A DNA stretch of 64,000 nucleotides from NCBI GenBank assembly GCA_963785725.1, contig CAWAWS010000014.1, positions 64,001 to 128,000 of the forward strand. Direction: 5' to 3'. This document shows, piece by piece, positions 15,061 through 24,503 of the stretch. The notes below the pieces were generated by a model. It searched no databases. It was not told the origin of the DNA and saw only the letters and a list, made by a program, of their open reading frames with translations. Each line of letters opens with the position of its first letter. Position 1 is the stretch's first letter. Position numbers and translations under genes: made by a program. The stretch is from an uncultured delta proteobacterium (lineage in GTDB: Bacteria; Myxococcota_A; Polyangia; Palsa-1104).

Positions 15061-15584
15061 TCGAGCTCGTTTTGCGTGAACAGCCCCGAGCCGCCCTGCA
15101 CGCCGTCGTTGGTGCCGGCACAGCTGCGCTGGAAGGTCGAGTAGATGCCGTTGCCGTTGAAGTCGCCCTGCGCGGTCATGTACGAGGTGGCCGACGTGAA
15201 GACGCCGCTCGACGTGTAGGCATACGAAAAATATTGCGGATCTTGGACCATGAAGTCGAGCGCCACCCAGCCGCCCTGCTTCCACTCGGTCGGCTGCGAC
15301 TGATATTTCGTGCCGGCGTTGGCGGTGATGACGGAGAGCGCGGGCACGGCCGGCGCGTTCGTCGGGAACTGGCGGTTCTGGATCGAGCCGTTGATGTCGG
15401 CGTGCTCACCGACGTAATAGGCGACGGCGCCGTCGTACATTTTGCGAATGTTCATCAGCGCCTCGGCGGTCTTGGAGCGGCGCGTGTACTTGATGAAGCT
15501 GGGGATGGCGACGGCAGCCAGCACTCCGATGATCGCGACGACGATCATGAGCTCGATGAGGGTGAAGGCGCGAACTTTGCGCAT
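15057..15584 (-). CDS. Type IVa pilin (PilA-like)
   Basis: MRKVRA|FTLIELMIVVAIIGVLAAVAIPSF prepilin motif with E5 and P22. Mature length 169 aa. Confidence 0.93.
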   Translation of the reverse strand: MRKVRAFTLIELMIVVAIIGVLAAVAIPSFIKYTRRSKTAEALMNIRKMYDGAVAYYVGEHADINGSIQNRQFPTNAPAVPALSVITANAGTKYQSQPTEWKQGGWVALDFMVQDPQYFSYAYTSSGVFTSATSYMTAQGDFNGNGIYSTFQRSCAGTNDGVQGGSGLFTQNELE

Positions 15585-15590
15585 GAGTTT

Positions 15591-15620
15591 ATTGTAAACC
15601 GAATTACACGAAAAATGCAA
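15591..15620 (-). promoter_or_regulatory. Putative sigma70 promoter of the pilin gene (leaderless)
   Basis: Minus strand TTGCAT-18 nt-TACAAT-6 nt-ATG in an AT-rich patch. No SD. Confidence 0.6.
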
Positions 15621-15626
15621 ATATCG

Positions 15627-16481
15627 TCATTGAATCATGACGAAGCGGCCGTCCGGGCCTTCGCCGGCGAGCGCGCGGCTGTTGCCGGCCGAGTCGAGCA
15701 GCGTGATGGCGCGGATGCCTTTGCCGGCCTCGACGTCGAAGACGCCGGCGACGGCACGCTTGCGCTCCTCGACCGACATCGTGTCCCAGCGGCCGTCGAT
15801 GATGGTGGCGGTGAGCGAGCCGCCGCCGGTGCGGCCGTTGCCGAGCTGCAGCGTGCCGGCGACGTCGCTCAGGTCGTAGGTCGACGACGTGTCGCGCGCC
15901 GACAGCCAAATCGAGACGCCGGCGGCGATGAGGCCGACGACCGCCAGCGCCGCCGCGATGCCCATGCGATTGCCGGGCGCGTGCTCGACCTTGGGAATGC
16001 GCGTCGTCGGCACCGCCGCTTCCGGCCCTTGCGCCGCCGTCTCGGCCTCGCGCAGCATCTGCTGGTGCTCGTCTTCGGCCTTCTGCTCGGCCACGAGCGC
16101 CGTCATCTGGTCGATCGCCCGCTGAAAGTCGGCGCGCTGAATGCCGAGCTGGTCGCGCAGCTTGACCTGCTCGCCGCGCGGAATCGCCGTCAGCGCCTGC
16201 GGCATACGCACCGGCACGCCCAGCTCTTTTTCGTAGGCCTTGAAGACCAACAGCGGCGGCGCCACCTCTTCGGCGCTCAATCCCGGCTGCGCGACCAAGA
16301 TCTTCCACACCGGATCGAGGCGGAACTCGCCCTCGCGCCATAGCTCGCCGAACGCGGAGTCAATGACCCCACGCACAGTTTTACTATCGACGACTTGGCA
16401 CACGCGGCTCTTCTCCAAGCACATCATCAGGGCGTCGATCAGCACCCTGCGCTTGGCCGCGACCGCCTCGGCAGACTCCAT
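15627..16481 (-). CDS. Hypothetical single-pass membrane protein
   Basis: 284-aa ORF with a coiled-coil-like middle and one TM (GIAAALAVVGLIAAGVSIWL). Confidence 0.75.
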   Translation of the reverse strand: MESAEAVAAKRRVLIDALMMCLEKSRVCQVVDSKTVRGVIDSAFGELWREGEFRLDPVWKILVAQPGLSAEEVAPPLLVFKAYEKELGVPVRMPQALTAIPRGEQVKLRDQLGIQRADFQRAIDQMTALVAEQKAEDEHQQMLREAETAAQGPEAAVPTTRIPKVEHAPGNRMGIAAALAVVGLIAAGVSIWLSARDTSSTYDLSDVAGTLQLGNGRTGGGSLTATIIDGRWDTMSVEERKRAVAGVFDVEAGKGIRAITLLDSAGNSRALAGEGPDGRFVMIQ

Positions 16482-16540
16482 CCGGGCAGATCATCGCCCT
16501 TGTCAGATTGGGTTGTCAATTTGTGGTAACGTCGCGAACC

Positions 16541-18050
<1,510 letters not shown>

Positions 18051-18053
18051 CCG

Positions 18054-19007
18054 GTGCGCATCCTCGTCGTCATGGATCCGGTCGAGCACCTCAATCCCGA
18101 AGGCGACACGACGCTGGTGCTGATCGAGGAGATGCATCGCCGCGGCCACACGGTCGAAGTGTGCATCGGCGAAGACTTGGAGCTCGAGCGCGGTGAAGCG
18201 GCGGCGGTGGTCTCGACGGTGACGGCGGTCGATCGCGGCGGCTTCCCGTGCATCAAGCTCGAAGGCGGCCATTGGCGTCAGATCGGCGACTACGACTCGG
18301 TCTGGATGCGCAAAGATCCGCCGTTCGACCAGGCCTATTATTTTTACACGCTGATCCTCGAGCAGGCGCGCGGCAAGACGCTGCTCGTCAACGATCCGCG
18401 CGGTCTGCGCGACGCCAACGAGAAGCTCTATATCTTCAACTTCCCGTCGCTGATTCCGCCGACGCGGGTGACGCAGTCGCTGGCCCGGCTGCGCGACTTC
18501 TTGGACGCGCAAGGCGGTCAGATGATCGTCAAGCCGCTCGACCAGTTCGGCGGCGGCGGCGTCTTTCACGTGCGCCGCGACGATCGCAACACGAACTCGA
18601 TCTTGGAGTCGGTGTCGGACGGCGGCAAGCGGCTGGTGATGGCGCAGGCCTATTTGCCCGACGTGCGCCGCGGCGACAAGCGGATCCTGTTGCTCGATGG
18701 TGAGCCGATCGGCGCCGTCCTGCGCGTGCCGCGCGACGACGAGACGCGCTCCAACCTGCACGTCGGCGGCACAGCGGTGCAGACGACGCTCGACGATCGC
18801 GAGCGCGAGATCTGCGCGACCATCGGCCCCAAGCTGCGCGCCGACGGGCTCTACTTCGTCGGCATCGACGTCATCGGCGGCATGCTCACCGAAGTGAACG
18901 TCACCTCGCCGACGGGCATGCAAGAGATCGATCGGCTCGAGAGCTGTAGGCTGGAGACGCGCGTCGTCGACTGGCTCGAAGAGCGCGCGCGGACGATCCG
19001 GCAGTGA
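18054..19007 (+). CDS. gshB: Glutathione synthetase
   Basis: VVMDP, MRKDPPFD, NEKL, KPLD..GG.GVF, GDKRIL, RSNLHVGG, EVNVTSPTG. Confidence 0.95.
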   Translation: MRILVVMDPVEHLNPEGDTTLVLIEEMHRRGHTVEVCIGEDLELERGEAAAVVSTVTAVDRGGFPCIKLEGGHWRQIGDYDSVWMRKDPPFDQAYYFYTLILEQARGKTLLVNDPRGLRDANEKLYIFNFPSLIPPTRVTQSLARLRDFLDAQGGQMIVKPLDQFGGGGVFHVRRDDRNTNSILESVSDGGKRLVMAQAYLPDVRRGDKRILLLDGEPIGAVLRVPRDDETRSNLHVGGTAVQTTLDDREREICATIGPKLRADGLYFVGIDVIGGMLTEVNVTSPTGMQEIDRLESCRLETRVVDWLEERARTIRQ

Positions 19008-20854
19008 CCGCGCCACCAGCCGAAAGCGGCAGCGACGCGCGCAATCGCTACGAGCGGTGGCTGCCGTTGTTGTGGCTGGCGCTGGCGTTCCTCGTGCTCG
19101 GGCCGACGCTGCGGACGCCGGCGCAGTTCGCGTCGTCCTACGATTGGCGGCTGTTCGAGACCTGGATCGAAGCGGGGCGGCGCTCGCTCGTCTGGTACCA
19201 CCAGTTTCCGCTGTGGAACCCGTGGACGTGCGGCGGTCAGGTCTATCTCGCCAACCCGCAGTCGTTGGTCGCCACGCCAACCTTCGCGCTCATCGTCGTC
19301 TTCGGCACGGCGCTCGGCATCAAGCTGATGCTCGTCGCCTATCACTTCTGCGCCTTCGACGGTGAGTATCGCCTCGCGCGCGACTACGGCCTCAGCATCG
19401 CCGCGTCGATCTTCGCCGCCATCCTCTTCGGCTGCGGCGGCTGGCTGGCGCTGCATTACGCCGAAGGCCACGCCACGTTCCTCGGTGCCACGCTCTTTCC
19501 CTACGCGATGTTCTTCTATCGCAAGAGCGTGCAAGCCTCGTCGCCGCCGAGCGAGCAGCGGCCGATCGCCTGGGAATGGACGCTGCCGCTCGGCGCCATC
19601 GCCGCTTGGATCGTCGGCGACGGCGGCACGTCGACGCCGCCGATGTGCATGGTCATCCTGGCGACGCTGGCGACGATCGAAGCCGTGCGCCGCCGCTCCT
19701 TGCGCCCGTTTGCGCCGCTGGTCGTGGCCGGCGCGGTCGCGTTCGCCGTCGGCGCCGTGCGCGTCTTGCCGGCGCTCGAGTTCGCGCTCGACCACCCGCG
19801 CCACCTCTTCGAGACCGACGCCAATACGCCCTGGTTCATGATCCACAACGCTTACACCTGGAAGGGGATCGAGCCGGTCGCCGGCAAGCGCTATTGGTTC
19901 CACGAGTATGGCTGGCGCTTGCCGTGGCTGACGATCCCCTTGTGGCTGTGGGCGGTCGTCGTCAAGCGCGCGCGGCCGCTGTGGATCTTCGTGCTCGTCG
20001 GTGGCGCCATCGTCGCCGGCAGCTTGTGGCCGTTCGGTCCGTGGTGGCTGTTGCATCAGCTGCCGATCTTTCGCGATCTGCGCGTGCCGTCGCGCTACCA
20101 GATCTTCTTCGCCATCGGCTTCCCGCTCTTGTGCGCCTTCGCGCTCGACGATTTACGCGCGCGCGCCTCCGGCTTGGCCGGCGCCAAGCGCTGGCTGCCG
20201 TGGCTGACGGCGATCGTCATCGTGGTCGCGCTGGGCGACGCCTTGTCGTTCGATTGGGAGCGCTGGGGCAAAGTCTTCGACAACAAGAGCGCGCTGGCGA
20301 CGCAAGACACGCCGTTCTATCAGCTCGTCGGCGAGTGGCGCTCGATGATGGCCAACGTCTTCGCCAACCACGGCGCCATCGGCTGCGACGAGGAAGCGCC
20401 GCTGCAGCGCGCGCTCGTGCTCGACGAGGGGCCGAATTTCGCGCAAGCGCGCGTCGACACCGAAGGCGCGGTCACCGCCAACGGGCACGTCGACATCGTC
20501 GGCAAGCCGAACGAGAGCGGCCGCGTGCTCGCCGTGCGCTGGACGCCGAACCGCGTCGAAGCCGACGTCGACCTGAGCGTGCCCGCCGCCGTCAGCGTCA
20601 ACGAGAACTGGAACGAGCACTGGCGCGCGCAAATGGACGGCGTGCCCATCGAGATGGTCCGCGTCGGCCCGAAGTTGGCGCGCGATCACGATGGCGGCCG
20701 CTTGGGCGCGCGCGTTCCCGCGGCCGGCAAGCACACCATCGTCTTCTATTATCGCCCGCGCTCGTTCGTCGTCGGCGCGGTCTTGAGCCTGCTCGCCATT
20801 CCGCTCGCCATCGCCGCCTGGTTCGTCTTGCGGCGCCGTCGCCGAGCGGCTTAG
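19004..20854 (+). CDS. Polytopic membrane protein, YfhO-like / GT-C fold
   Basis: FPLWNPW.CGG...LANPQ, LRVPSRY, C-terminal NENW...W.A...H.IVFYYRP followed by a TM. GTGA overlap with gshB. Confidence 0.72.
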   Translation: MTAPPAESGSDARNRYERWLPLLWLALAFLVLGPTLRTPAQFASSYDWRLFETWIEAGRRSLVWYHQFPLWNPWTCGGQVYLANPQSLVATPTFALIVVFGTALGIKLMLVAYHFCAFDGEYRLARDYGLSIAASIFAAILFGCGGWLALHYAEGHATFLGATLFPYAMFFYRKSVQASSPPSEQRPIAWEWTLPLGAIAAWIVGDGGTSTPPMCMVILATLATIEAVRRRSLRPFAPLVVAGAVAFAVGAVRVLPALEFALDHPRHLFETDANTPWFMIHNAYTWKGIEPVAGKRYWFHEYGWRLPWLTIPLWLWAVVVKRARPLWIFVLVGGAIVAGSLWPFGPWWLLHQLPIFRDLRVPSRYQIFFAIGFPLLCAFALDDLRARASGLAGAKRWLPWLTAIVIVVALGDALSFDWERWGKVFDNKSALATQDTPFYQLVGEWRSMMANVFANHGAIGCDEEAPLQRALVLDEGPNFAQARVDTEGAVTANGHVDIVGKPNESGRVLAVRWTPNRVEADVDLSVPAAVSVNENWNEHWRAQMDGVPIEMVRVGPKLARDHDGGRLGARVPAAGKHTIVFYYRPRSFVVGAVLSLLAIPLAIAAWFVLRRRRRAA

Positions 20855-20856
20855 CG

Positions 20857-21219
20857 TTATCGTTCGGTCGGCAAGCCGCGGCTGAGCCAGTCGCGCCAGC
20901 CGCCGATGAGCGAAAACACGTTCTTGTAGCCCATGCGACGGATGGAATCGCCGGCCAGGATCGAGCGGAAACCGCCGCCGCAGTACAAGATCAGCTCGCT
21001 GTCTTTGTCGGGCACTTTGGCGACGATGTCGCGCTCGATGACGCCCTTGCCGATGTGCTCGGCGCCGGGCACGTGGCCGGCGCGGAATTCATCGTCTTCG
21101 CGCACGTCGATCACCCGCGCGCCGGCGCGGCGCCGCTCTTCGAGCGCCTCGATGCCGATCTCGCGAACACGCGCTTTGGCCTCGTCGACCAAAATCACGA
21201 ACTCTTTCGAATGATCCAT
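20857..21219 (-). CDS. Rhodanese-like sulfurtransferase
   Basis: IDVRE..EF..GHVPGA, LYCGGGFRS, SLIGGW. Start ATG 21219. Confidence 0.9.
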   Translation of the reverse strand: MDHSKEFVILVDEAKARVREIGIEALEERRRAGARVIDVREDDEFRAGHVPGAEHIGKGVIERDIVAKVPDKDSELILYCGGGFRSILAGDSIRRMGYKNVFSLIGGWRDWLSRGLPTER

Positions 21220-21239
21220 TCGATCGATATACTCCCGAG

Positions 21240-22340
21240 ATGACGCCCCTGACACTGGAATTTCTGGAGAAGCTTCCCAAGACCGATCTGCACTGTCACC
21301 TCGATGGCAGCCTTCGCGTGGCGACGATTCTCGATCTCGCCGACAAGCAGAAGGTCAAGTTGCCGGCCGATAACGCCGACGCGCTGTTCAAGCACATCTA
21401 TGCCGGCGAGCGCTGTAAGTCGCTCGACGACTATTTGAAGGCGTTCGACATCACGCTCTCGGTGCTGCAGACCGAGGAGTCGCTCTATCGCGTCGCTTAC
21501 GAATTGGCCGAGGATTGCGCGCGCGAGAACGTGCGTTATCTCGAGGTTCGCTATTCGCCGATGCTGCACACGCAGCGTGGCCTCAAGCTGGCGCCGATCG
21601 TCGAGAGCGTCATTCAGGGGCTGCGCGCCGGCGAGCGCGACTTCGGCGTGCGCTCGGGCGTCATCTTGTGCGGCATTCGCTCGATCGATCCGGCGATGTC
21701 GCTGCGCATGGCCGAGCTGTGCGTCGCGTTCAAGAACCGCGGCGTCGTGGCCTTCGATCTGGCCGGCGCCGAATACAATTACCCGGCGAAAGATCACAAG
21801 CAGGCGTTCCAGCTCATCCTCGACAACAACGTCAACTGCACGGCGCACGCGGGTGAAGCGTACGGGCCGGAGTCGATCGCGCAGGCGATTCACTATTGCG
21901 GCGCGCATCGCATCGGCCACGGGACGCGGCTGCGCGAGAACGGCGACCTCCTCAACTACTTCAACGATCACCGCATCCCGCTCGAGATCTGCCTGTCGTC
22001 GAACATTCAGACGCGCGCGGCGCCGGATTTGGCGTCGCATCCGCTGCCGTTCTTCTTCACCTACGGCTTGCGCGTGACGATCAACACCGACAATCGCCTG
22101 GTGACCGATACGACGGTGTCCAAGGAGCTGTTGCTGGCGCATCAGCAGTACGGCTTCTCGCTCGACGACATCAAGGAGCTCATCATCAGCGGCTTCAAGT
22201 CGGCGTTCTTGCCCTATCGCGAGAAGGCGGATCTGCTGAAGAAAGTGACGCAGGAGCTGTCGCTCATGGTCGAGCCGACCGAGACGCGCAAGAGCCCGCC
22301 GCCGCCGGCCGTCACGGCCGCCGCCAAGCCCGTCAGTTAA
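21240..22340 (+). CDS. add: Adenosine deaminase
   Basis: LPKTDLHCHLDGS, YLEVRYSP, DLAGAE, TAHAGE, RIGHG, CLSSN, INTDN. Confidence 0.94.
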   Translation: MTPLTLEFLEKLPKTDLHCHLDGSLRVATILDLADKQKVKLPADNADALFKHIYAGERCKSLDDYLKAFDITLSVLQTEESLYRVAYELAEDCARENVRYLEVRYSPMLHTQRGLKLAPIVESVIQGLRAGERDFGVRSGVILCGIRSIDPAMSLRMAELCVAFKNRGVVAFDLAGAEYNYPAKDHKQAFQLILDNNVNCTAHAGEAYGPESIAQAIHYCGAHRIGHGTRLRENGDLLNYFNDHRIPLEICLSSNIQTRAAPDLASHPLPFFFTYGLRVTINTDNRLVTDTTVSKELLLAHQQYGFSLDDIKELIISGFKSAFLPYREKADLLKKVTQELSLMVEPTETRKSPPPPAVTAAAKPVS

Positions 22341-22449
22341 CGCAACACGTCGCTCACCCCACATTCGCCCTAAGGCAATCAGGGTTGCCTCGATCCCGAT
22401 CGCCGCGTTACCATTCGTGGGCCGATAACCCGGCGATGGTGTCGCACAC

Positions 22450-23211
22450 GTGATCGACAGCTACCTCAAGATGATCTGGAACTTCTGCTCGCGCATGACC
22501 CTGTCGACGCAGGATGCGCGCGAGGCGACGTTCGAGACCTTCGAGCGCGCCGCGCAGAGCGGCCATCCTCCTGCGGATCCGAAGGAATTGGAGCTGTGGC
22601 TGCTCAAGATCGCGGCCCACGTCATCGAGAAGCGGCTGCCGCCGACGCCGGAAGTCGACTTCGATCTGCTCGACGAGACGCTGCGCTCGGACGCCACGCG
22701 CACGCACGAAGTCTCGTCGCTGACGACGCCCGAGCGCGAGTTTTTGCTGTGGGAGCTGAAGCAAGGCTGCATGACGGCGGTCATCAACTGTCTGTCGCCG
22801 GGCGAGCGCGTGGCCTTCGTCATGTCGTCGGTGATGAGCAAGACCGACGAGGACGCCGCCAAGGCGCTCGGCATCAAGCTGTCGGCGTTCAAGGTCCGTC
22901 TGTCGCGCGCGCGCAAGAAGATCGGCGACTACTTGGCGCCACGCTGCGAGCACGTCGATCCGCGTAATCCTTGTCATTGTCCGTCGCGCATCGGCATCGC
23001 GCTCGCCAAAGGCTTCATCGCGCCGCCGCAGACGTCGGTGGTGCAGCTGCGCGTGCCGCAGCGGCCGTTCGATCAAGAGATCAAGTCGCGCGATTCGAAC
23101 CGGATCTTTCAGACGCTGCCGGAGCCGGAAGTGCCGGCTGAGCTGGTCGAGCAGCTGCGACAGGCGGCGGCGACCGGCGCGTGGACCCCGAAGGCCGTCG
23201 CCAAGAAGTAG
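22450..23211 (+). CDS. ECF sigma factor with Cys-rich C-terminal extension
   Basis: Sigma2-like (IWNFCSRM..DAREATFETF..WLLKIA) and sigma4 (LSPGERVAFVM..AAKALG..FKVRLSRAR), then RCEHVDPRNPCHC. Confidence 0.8.
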   Translation: MIDSYLKMIWNFCSRMTLSTQDAREATFETFERAAQSGHPPADPKELELWLLKIAAHVIEKRLPPTPEVDFDLLDETLRSDATRTHEVSSLTTPEREFLLWELKQGCMTAVINCLSPGERVAFVMSSVMSKTDEDAAKALGIKLSAFKVRLSRARKKIGDYLAPRCEHVDPRNPCHCPSRIGIALAKGFIAPPQTSVVQLRVPQRPFDQEIKSRDSNRIFQTLPEPEVPAELVEQLRQAAATGAWTPKAVAKK

Positions 23212-24428
23212 CGCGCTCGTCTTCCGCGCGCCTCGCCGGAATCGTCGCTGCCGCCGCGCTGTTCGCGGTCGCGCCGCGTGCCGCGTGGGCGCAGATCGCG
23301 CGCGGCTCGACCGTCGTGACGCACACGGCGTGGGCCTCGTGCGCCGGCGACGGCATGGCGCCGCCGCTCGAGCGCGCGGGCGCGGCCGTGCCCTACTCGG
23401 CGCAGCTGTCGGCGTTCGTCGAAGGCTGGGGCGTGCCCTATTCCGGTCGCGACGTGCGGCTCACCGATCTCGACGCCGTCGACGGCAGCAACGTCTACTT
23501 GGCCACCGCGCGCCTCGCCGCCTGCGGACAGCTGCACACCGGCTGGGGCGCGTTCGCGTGGAACTTCGGCTACGAGCCCTACGCGGTCGACGAAGCGGGG
23601 CAGCCCGATCACCGCGAATGGGGACGGCTGACGGCGGCCGAGGTCGGTCTCGCGCCCTTCCGTTGGCTCGTGCTCTCGATCGGCGTGCGTAAAGTCGCCT
23701 TCAGCTTCGGTCACGACGAGCCGGTGGAGATGTTGGAGCTGCCGGTGCGCCCCTATATTTCGCAGTCGGTGGCGCCCGATCGGCGGCTCGGCCTCACCAT
23801 CGACGACGACTTCGGCGTCGCCCACGTCGTCATCGGCCTCTACGAAGGCAACCGCGATCTCTCGATCACCACCCAAGGCGGCTTCCTGTTGGCGGCGCGC
23901 CTCGTCGCCGAGCCGCTCGGTCCCGTCGGCAACACGGTCTCGACGGTGTTCGACCCCGAGTATTGGCGGCCGCGACCGCGCTTCGCCTTCAACGCGTCGA
24001 TCTTGCTGCAATTCGCCGACGGCAACACCACTTACGCGCTGGCGGCCGACGGCGTCTTTCACTGGGGGCCGATCGGCCTCGCGGGCGAGTTCATCTACAG
24101 CTCGGGCACGACCGTGGAGGCGCCGACGCGCTTGGCGCTGCGGCCGGCGCCGCTGCGCGACGGCTTGTACATCGAGGCGGTGGCGATGCTGTGGCGTCCC
24201 TGGATCGAGCTGTCGGCGCGCTACGACTGGATGAACAACGCCGGACAGGCGGGGCAGCAGTTCCACGCCTTCACCGCCGGGGCGACGGTCTATGCGGTGA
24301 AGCAGTATTTGCGGCTGCAAGCGCTCTACACGCACAAGCTGCACTTCGACCTCTTGCCCAATCGCCCCGACATTCAAGACGACGTGCTCCTGTTCGCGGC
24401 GTCGCTGGCGCTCGAGAAGAACTTCTAA
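23181..24428 (+). CDS. Outer-membrane beta-barrel (porin O/P-like)
   Basis: Signal peptide ending AWA|Q, amphipathic strands, PDRRLG, ELSARYD, C-terminal Phe (LALEKNF). Confidence 0.65.
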   Translation: MDPEGRRQEVARSSSARLAGIVAAAALFAVAPRAAWAQIARGSTVVTHTAWASCAGDGMAPPLERAGAAVPYSAQLSAFVEGWGVPYSGRDVRLTDLDAVDGSNVYLATARLAACGQLHTGWGAFAWNFGYEPYAVDEAGQPDHREWGRLTAAEVGLAPFRWLVLSIGVRKVAFSFGHDEPVEMLELPVRPYISQSVAPDRRLGLTIDDDFGVAHVVIGLYEGNRDLSITTQGGFLLAARLVAEPLGPVGNTVSTVFDPEYWRPRPRFAFNASILLQFADGNTTYALAADGVFHWGPIGLAGEFIYSSGTTVEAPTRLALRPAPLRDGLYIEAVAMLWRPWIELSARYDWMNNAGQAGQQFHAFTAGATVYAVKQYLRLQALYTHKLHFDLLPNRPDIQDDVLLFAASLALEKNF

Positions 24429-24503
24429 CCGCGCGTAAGTGGCCGGCCGCCTAGGGGTCTGATAGCGTAAACGGTCGCGGCCAACCGGCCGAATGAGGAG
24501 GCC

